Of a stretch of 34,016 nt of DNA, positions 27,098 through 34,016 are shown in pieces (positions within the stretch are counted from its first letter, which is position 1; each line of letters opens with the position of its first letter). Location of the stretch: contig MCFE01000809.1 in assembly GCA_002104905.1 (NCBI GenBank), positions 1-34,016 of the forward strand. Direction: 5' to 3'. Below the pieces are notes generated by a model. The model did no database searches, was not told where the DNA came from, and worked only from the letters and a program-made list of their open reading frames with translations. Origin of the DNA: Basidiobolus meristosporus CBS 931.73 (taxonomy: Eukaryota > Fungi > Basidiobolomycota). A program made the position numbers and the translations under genes.

Positions 27098-27106
27098 AGG
27101 GAGGAA
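27098..27106 (+). promoter_or_regulatory. Gypsy polypurine tract
   Basis: AGGGAGGAA immediately before TGTTA LTR start. Confidence 0.8.
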
Positions 27107-27474
27107 TGTTATGGTCTGCTGCTTGAATCTTTAAGTTAGATCAGTTTTTAGTCAAATTAGTTAGTATATGTTTAGGTTATCAGTATATCAGTATTATCTA
27201 TGAAACCGGTAGCATTAGTCAGCAAATGAATCAGCAGATCCTTATCAGACAGAAATAGATATATTAAGTAGGATCTTATTGGGTGATGATGATGCAATCA
27301 AATGAGTCATCAGCCACAACCTACATTAGGAAATAGAATTAGTCAGCAATTGATCTGGCAAAATTTATATAAGGAGCTGCTGGAACCTCAATAAAAATCA
27401 GTGCAAGTTTTAGTGAATACAATACTAGCTAAACTCTCTATACCTCTACAACTCTTATACCAAGACTTGTAACA
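27107..27474 (+). repeat. Gypsy 3' LTR (368 bp)
   Basis: TGTTA...TAACA; TATATAA 27366-27372; AATAAA 27390-27395; ~91% identical to 290-658; right flank AAAG. Confidence 0.93.
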
Positions 27475-28980
27475 AAAGGAACATCTTTATAGTATCCACA
27501 AATAGCTTGCAATGCTTGCAGTGTGCTGCTGGAATAAACTACTCTAGTAGGCCACCATGACAAGTGAATATCCAGTTCCACCAGTCCTCACACTTAGGTT
27601 GATGCATATGTGTATGGACATTAATTGGTGCCTCTGGGGTATACCTTAGACAATGGATGCATTACAGTAACTTGCCAATTGGTTTAAATTTCTCTGGAAT
27701 CTCAACTGGTTCATAATGATTATATTGTCCCTTGTATGCTCTGTCATTATTGTAGGAAAATTGTGGGATAGCAATGCACTTTTTCTAGTGGATTGCTTTC
27801 ACACCAGCTGACTCACTCCATGCTCAGTATATTTGGCTCTTGGCTAGTCCCATACTTTGACTGCTGATTAATCATTTGCCAACTTTCTTGCATTCTCATC
27901 CCACCTTTGGAACACTGTTTTTGAGGACAGGGCTCATTTTTAGTATAGTACTTGGATAAAGATGGTCCATATGGATGGTGGAGTACATTTCATGATTCTC
28001 ATACATTTGACAGTAACATCATTCATTGTACTCAAATAATCCATCAATCTTGCTAGTTACAGGTGTATATCCAATGCTAAGCTTTCTGTGTGCTCTAACA
28101 TGACAGCCATCAAATAGTATAACTCTGGAGATTTTCTGGAACCTTGCTAACAGTGGGTACCAACAGCAATCCCAATTGAATAGTGAGCTTGGACCAGATA
28201 TTAATGAGGCTATCTTCAGGCTTCTGCCCAGATACTGTAACATAGATGGTAAATACAAGCTGATGAGATCTAGTGCCAAGCAAGATTTACTGGCAATGTA
28301 CTTGTTTGGTGAGAATCCACCAAATGCCAAGGCAATGGCATGGTCAAGCATACCTTCTGACAAGACCTTAATCTTGTGCTCAATGATATATTCTCCATCC
28401 AATATATCCTTCAATTCTTTGGCTGACACAAACTGATAGCAGTACTATATTTCATGATTGTACTCATTAGACTGTGGTAGCATCTTTTGATGGGGTATCA
28501 CCAGAATATGTCCAGAATGTGAATGATATTTGCTAACATTGGTTGTAGATTCCTTTTAAATTGGACATTTGGTAATGGCATTATACATTGATTGGTATAG
28601 TGTATAGCTATGGGCACATGATGGTCTCTATGTCAGCTTCAGGTCATATGTAGTCAGATTCATTGTGCTTATTCACTTATAGCATGTTAGTGGTGTCTTG
28701 CAGTGTAGTAAGCTTTTTAGCCAGTTGCAGCAGTATGTCCCCAATACCCTTCCTACTAAAATTGGTAAAGTGTATCATTTCTCAAGCCAATGCATCACAT
28801 CCTTTGCCAGTGATGAATTTGTGGACTCATATGGCTACACAGAATATTTGTGATGGTATATACTCTTTCATATACTTGTTTTGCAGGCTTTGTTCCAGGC
28901 ACTGTTGCTCTCCAAGATAGGCTCACAGTCTACTTGTGGGTACTCTTTATTAGTTGTACAACCAGGAGACTCCTCAGAAG
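27475..28980 (-). pseudogene. Decayed long ORF, possible KDZ-family (Kyakuja-Dileera-Zisupton) transposase remnant, cut by the gypsy LTR
   Basis: The frame of ORF 28019-28429 continues to the LTR edge with only 7 stops in ~318 codons (hand translation), and more weakly upstream to ~28980. Motif order WDCC...FDGCHVRAH...FEYNE(R), then a Cys/His-rich tail. Family call is tentative. Confidence 0.4.
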
Positions 28981-29857
28981 TATGAGGAGAGTAACTTAAT
29001 GTGTCATACCCACTCTGCTCAATTTATACTAAGAGAATAGTGAAGTCAGTTATCATTAAAAACTGTTAAGTGACTAGCTAAATGCCACAGAAATTGCACT
29101 TGTAGTAGATCCTCTAGATAATATATGTGTGGCAAAATTACCCCCTATTCTTTGATGTATATGTTGAAATATTGGACTATTTGGTATCATTCAGCAGCTA
29201 AAAATATACTTAGCAATTCTGGACTTTTCTTGGACACTGAGGGACTAATTTACAGCCCTAACATTGCCACTTTCCTCAGATCTATGATCTTATGGTTATT
29301 CCCCTATGGTCAGGATCAAATCAGCACTATTATCAAACATTATGTACTAACCCTGAAACTGTTACAGAATGCTCCTGAATATTGCAAAACCCTCCTTACT
29401 TAGTGTTACAGCTGTATTACTTCTACAAAGGTATAAATACCAAGCTTCTTTATGAAGAAACAACAGTTTGACTATTAGCACTATTTCTTGATAAGTTCCT
29501 TATATCCAAATCACTTCTTAAATCACAGCAGTTTTTTCTGTGCTGGCATTGTGCTTTATGGGTGAGATGCTGGTTACAATACCAACTTGGTCTTTTTTTT
29601 CTTTTTTATCCTGTGAGATCAGAGCAATTGTGCCCAAAAGGGGAAATTGAACCTAGATCAGCATTATAGCTCAAATATATCTTTTTTCATCTGGATATCC
29701 TGCAGATTTTAGACAGTCTTGTATATGAGTTGTTGACCCTATGACAAAGCAAGATATTATGATTTAAAGCTATAATAAACAACATATATACATTGGAACC
29801 ACCCCCTACCATAACATAGGTCACACCACATACTATTTGCATTCACACACTTCTATA

Positions 29858-30206
29858 TGTTATAAAAATTTGTAATTCCACCTAAACATTCACCTAACTT
29901 AGTCACTTAGATCATTACCTTCAAATCCTGGAGAATACTGACCAAAATCCTTGTTGGGATTTACTTAGAATATATTCACCAAAATATCAGGTACCCAGAA
30001 CATAAAAATTCTCAAAGCTGTCCAAACAGCCCCAAACTTTGCACACATGTTCTTGGGACCTTCCTTAACCTATTCTATGTGCTTGTAATGCCAAGACCAG
30101 GTTAAAATATAAATACTACTTTTACATTCAGTAAATCATTAAGTGAAAACCACATAATCTACTTGTCCTCCCAATCACTTCCAATATCTCCAAGACTCTG
30201 ACAACA
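29858..30206 (+). mobile_element. Ty1/copia solo LTR (349 bp), same family as 20624-20972, opposite orientation
   Basis: Ends TGTTA...CAACA; 5-bp TSD CTATA at 29853-29857 and 30207-30211. TATAAATA 30108-30115. No adjacent PBS or PPT. Confidence 0.94.
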
Positions 30207-32399
30207 CTATATAATATGCCATCATAGACAATCACAATATCCACACATCACTAGCCAAGTACTGTAAGAAGCACAAGCCTAAGTCTAGTAGCTTGGCAGC
30301 TTTCTTTGGTCCACAGTTCACTAAACAGCACTAGTACTGGAACAAGCAATACAGAAGGCATACCTAGATTCCTATGAAAGATATTTTGACATTTTGAGTG
30401 GATTAGATCTAGATCACTCCGCAAAGATCCTACAATGGAACCATATGAATCCTGTTAACATGGAGTTCAGCTGACTTCTCACATATTCTTGACAGCCCTA
30501 TATTAGTGGTACAGGTCAAATACCCTCAGCAAATCTTAACAGCTTCTCAAAGTTATCTGTAATGCTTGCAATGGCTGCACAATGACCTTATCACAGAATC
30601 CTTTTGCTTTCAGCCACTGATGCCATGGCAATTTCCACTTCTGATAGAAAACTTAATGGTGTCTTCATGGTTTCTCAATGGTCCCATAATGGACCTATCA
30701 CAAGCTCTTGATATCTTTCAGTGGTCTGTACTGTTACAATTCTCAATTCTGGTGAAAAACATAATGTTACACTGATAGTTCTTTGATGGCCTTATTACAA
30801 CCATGTTTCAGTCATATTGCATTACTAGCTGGTTACTTGACAGTCTCTTTACACTGACAACCTAATTAAATGACCCAAGTTCTTTGCCTCCATAATCCCC
30901 TTCCATTGTACCAGTGTGATATAGCCAAGAGAAAAGCTAATAAAAGCTCCTGAATGCTCTTGCCAAATCAAAGGAGCAATCAAGTGCAGAATCTTAGAGT
31001 TGTCAGGAAGCGGTGTATAAATTTGAAAAAGAGTTCTGGTTCAGTATTTGTCTGGCAATAGCTTGGTTTGACAATAAAGACAACAGAGTTGACTTGCTAT
31101 GCTGGCTAGGCTTGATGTTCCTAGGAGTGCTAGATTCAAAAGGCTTGGGTAGAAACTAGAATGGAACTGTTGGACTCTGAGTTTTGTTGAGATGCACATT
31201 ATACCAAAAGGTTTGGTAGACTTTATTTACACTTTTCTGACCATGGTGAATCAGTAAGCCCTAAGAAAGTTGATTACTAAATGATATCTACCAAAGAATT
31301 GATTGGAATATAAGATAAATTAAAATCACATCATCAATTGGCTGATTGCTTGGCAAATGATAATTCATTGAGTACATATCAGATGATTAATCTCCTGAGA
31401 AGGCTAGGCATATCAGTTGACAAGGTGATGATCAAATGAAAATAGATCAGGTGTGACAGCTAAAAATAGACTCAGAGATGGGAGAATTAAATCATAACTG
31501 AAATTAGTTATTTGTGGGCAAGGGAATATCAGTTGGGGTACTAGGTTTTCTGACATAGTAAACATGACAAAGCTTGAATGTTGATGAACAAAAGAATGGT
31601 ATACTCTTGGATAAAAATGTTGCCTCCATACTTTGCCCATTTTTACCATGGGTATTTCACATATAGTTTGAGTCACAATATGCAACTACTCCTTTCTTAT
31701 TCATCTCTGCATATGTACATACCTGCCACAATTGAGACACTGCTGTTACCTCCATTTGCCAGTATTTCAACTTGACTATTGCAAAGTTTCATATATGCTA
31801 TATTGGCAGAAGCATATACATATGGTCAATATCTGCTCTATGTGGGCCACATCTGCTATTAACAACTCTTTAATATCCTCAGCCAATGCATTCCTTCTCC
31901 TGGCTATATTGTAGTTCTCCTTCAATTGGTTTTCCTCTATTCTTCTTATAGATACCATACCAATAGGTATAGAATTCTGCTTCTGCCCAGCAGGCCTCCA
32001 GTATATTTACTCAGAGTATTCCCAGCAATGACTTAATCATTTGTAACCTCAAGTATAGCTTTGGCTTGCTCAATGTATTGTCCATACATTGATCAAACTT
32101 GCTGCTGTTAACCCATATCCATATATGTTTCCATGTGCACACCTGCTTTTGTTTTCTTCCATTTCTTCTCCACCATTCTTCATATGCCTACTCCTAAAAT
32201 CTTTCAAACATTTTGATGTGATACTTCTGATCACTCTATCCTAATGCCCCTTAAGCCTTCATTGATTGGCTCTTGTTCATTTCTCTTTCTTCCTAATCCC
32301 ATACTCTCATTATTCCCCTACCATTACTGTATACTCATTGGCCATCTCCTGTTACTTACTCTCCTGCTTCTTGCACTCTGATCACTCCCTCACTATTCC

Positions 32400-33060
32400 T
32401 TTATGCTTATTGGTTTATTTCTTTTGAAGCTTCAGTTGTTTCTCAATACTTTCTTGTATGGACTGGCACATAAGTCCAATGTACCTATCAAGCCCTTCCC
32501 CAACCTTGTACTGTATTAGTAGCTGCATTAAAACCCACCATTCAAGAAGTATATTTGGCTCAATGTCTTACTTCCAATTGTCTGATGGTGTCCCATTGGT
32601 CTTATGCCAGCTGTTCTGTACTCCTTCCCATTCCTCCTGGTGCTGTGGAGACTTCCTTGTTTTCAGTGCTACTTCTGCAAGCTCCTCTATTAACTCTCCA
32701 TAATACTTGTATGCATTTACTCTCCCATTTACATTAACAACCCTCTGGAGTGATCTGGTGTGTTTTGTTGATTTTCAAAACTCTACTGGAGCCATTAGGA
32801 TATATTTGTGCATTTTTAGTGGTGCAGCTTTGTTGGCAGGTGGGATCTCATCACCACAGCCTGTAGTAGACTTGTCCTCTTTTTCCATGGGTTTTTCAGC
32901 ATCACCAGACAGTTGCTCACAGGGCCCTGTCTCTGCACCTTCCAAGAGCACCCTTGATTTTCTTGGCTTTTCTTCCTGTCTTTTTGGGGCTTTAGAGCTT
33001 TCTTGCCTCAGAGTATTGGCCGCTACAAAATGTGGCCTTTTTTGGATTATTCTCTGCTTT
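32400..33060 (-). pseudogene. Decayed ORF of unknown product, divergent from the adjacent transposase (may extend to ~31700)
   Basis: Hand translation gives ~220 codons with 3 stops: RAKQRIIQKRPHF...KPMEKEDK...EF*KSTKH...YGELIEELAEVALK...WK*DIEPNILLEWWVLMQLL. Charged, low-complexity start, then helical-looking sequence. No recognised motif. Confidence 0.35.
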
Positions 33061-33129
33061 GCTCTTTGAGGGGCTTCCCTTGCTTTCTCAATTCAGATCA
33101 CCTCAGCCCAATCACCTACCAATTTTATT

Positions 33130-33945
33130 ATGACTTACTCATCTGAATGGTCTTTTCTCATCAATCCCATCACTACCATTGGATTTCCTTTTGACATACT
33201 AGAGGAGATCTATACTAAGTACTGTGGACCATCTACCCCAATCTACTCAAGGAAATCTCTTGTTCAGCTTCTATGTTACTACAACAACTATTGCCCTACA
33301 AGGTCTCATCCCACTATCCATGGCAATAAAAGTCCTAAAAGCTTTCATTCCCAGCTGACAGCAATGGAGAACAACCTTGCAGAGGGTATGAATGACTTAG
33401 AGCAAGCTTGGAATACTAGGTTCAGATGCTCCAATAGACTTTAATATCCCAGAGTGTTCAGCAACAGGCCCCATATAAGGAGTACTTTGGATGCCTTCCC
33501 AGTCAGGATTAACAGACCTTCTAGAGGGCAGAGGCACTTTTATTCTGGCAAGTACAAGGCACACTGTGTGAAGTTTCAAGTACTGTCTGATATTGAGGGT
33601 AACATCATCAGGTCTAGTAGGCCATTTGCTGGAAGTAGGCATAACAAAGCACTCTGGGTAGGGAGTCATCCAGAATTCAGTAGAGGGGAGAAATGTATGG
33701 CAGACTTAGCTTATATATGAGAGGATTGTCAGAGACTAAGATGTATTACAACTTTTAGGAAGCCAAGGAATGGTGTGCTTAACAGGATGCAGAAGCTCTA
33801 CAATGAAATACTTGATCATTTCAGAGTGAGGGTAGGGCATACATTTGGATATCTGAATAGATTCATCATATTGGCAGGTAAATATACAGGAAAGTCATAT
33901 AAAGGAGTATGCAGCCAAGTGACTACTACTGGAGCTTGGGGCTAG
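33130..33945 (+). pseudogene. Disrupted PIF/Harbinger-IS5 superfamily (ISL2EU-like, DDE_Tnp_4-type) transposase
   Basis: ORFs 33130-33444 and 33454-33720 plus 74 further codons share one frame, with stops at 33442 and 33718. Motifs TLDAFPVRINRP, FYSGKYKAHCVKFQV, GSRHN (expected HD), MADLAYI, LYNEILDHFRVRVGHTFGYL (expected RVE). Confidence 0.82.
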
Positions 33946-34016
33946 TGGCTGATTTTGATGCATGTGGTATCATTGGGATTGAATGGCATCTTAATGCAGC
34001 ATTATGTATCAACCAT

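Larger units (their letters stand above)
24228..27474 (+). mobile_element. 5'-truncated Ty3/gypsy LTR retrotransposon (end of protease, RT, RH, IN, PPT, 3' LTR)
   Basis: Domain order (PR)-RT-RH-IN, then PPT and LTR. No gag, 5' LTR or PBS. Start approximate. Confidence 0.93.

Noticed and set aside
290-27474. One giant 27-kb gypsy element with 290-658 as its 5' LTR and the satellite as cargo
   Set aside because: 290-658 has its own TSD (TTTG both sides) and no PBS. The flank after 27474 is AAAG, which does not match. The LTRs differ by about 9%.
20624-30206. 29858-30206 as the missing 5' LTR of the copia element, with gypsy nested inside
   Set aside because: It is inverted relative to 20624-20972, carries its own CTATA TSD on both sides and has no PBS.
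28176-33669. Remaining short ORFs (28176, 28663, 29125, 30566, 31413, 31578, 31732, 31776, 32458, 32555, 32707, 33397)
   Set aside because: No recognisable motifs. Several are antisense shadows of the decayed frames described above. 31413-31685 and 31776-31958 could be fragments of the minus-strand remnant but cannot be supported individually.
27475-33945. Alternative genetic code (TGA as sense) explaining the broken ORFs
   Set aside because: TAA and TAG interrupt the same frames, and TGA falls where different residues are expected (W in gypsy RNase H, probably G in the transposase). Mutation explains it better.

Overview
Eukaryotic repeat-rich window with no intact gene and very few CpG dinucleotides. 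Bases 1-20623 are one layered satellite domain built on a 34-bp dyad-symmetric monomer (CAGCACCTGGACCCAGGTCCTAGATCTCAACCTT). It has diverged complex outer layers (1-~3880 and ~16150-20623), a 98-bp array (~3885-8855) and a purer 34-bp array with higher-order duplications (~8856-16150), and is interrupted by a Ty3/gypsy solo LTR (290-658, TSD TTTG). The satellite stops exactly at the 3' LTR of a Ty1/copia element (minus strand, 20624-~24227). That element is fused head-to-head with a Ty3/gypsy element (plus strand, ~24228-27474). Both lack their 5' LTR, the copia lacks most of gag and the gypsy all of it, and both pol genes are broken. The remainder holds a decayed minus-strand ORF with KDZ-transposase-like motif order, a copia solo LTR (29858-30206, TSD CTATA), another decayed minus-strand ORF and a disrupted PIF/Harbinger-IS5-type (ISL2EU-like) DDE transposase (33130-33945). 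All alignments, counts and extra translations were done by hand. Internal satellite boundaries and the copia/gypsy junction are approximate. The host cannot be identified; an early-diverging fungus is only a guess from retroelement motifs.
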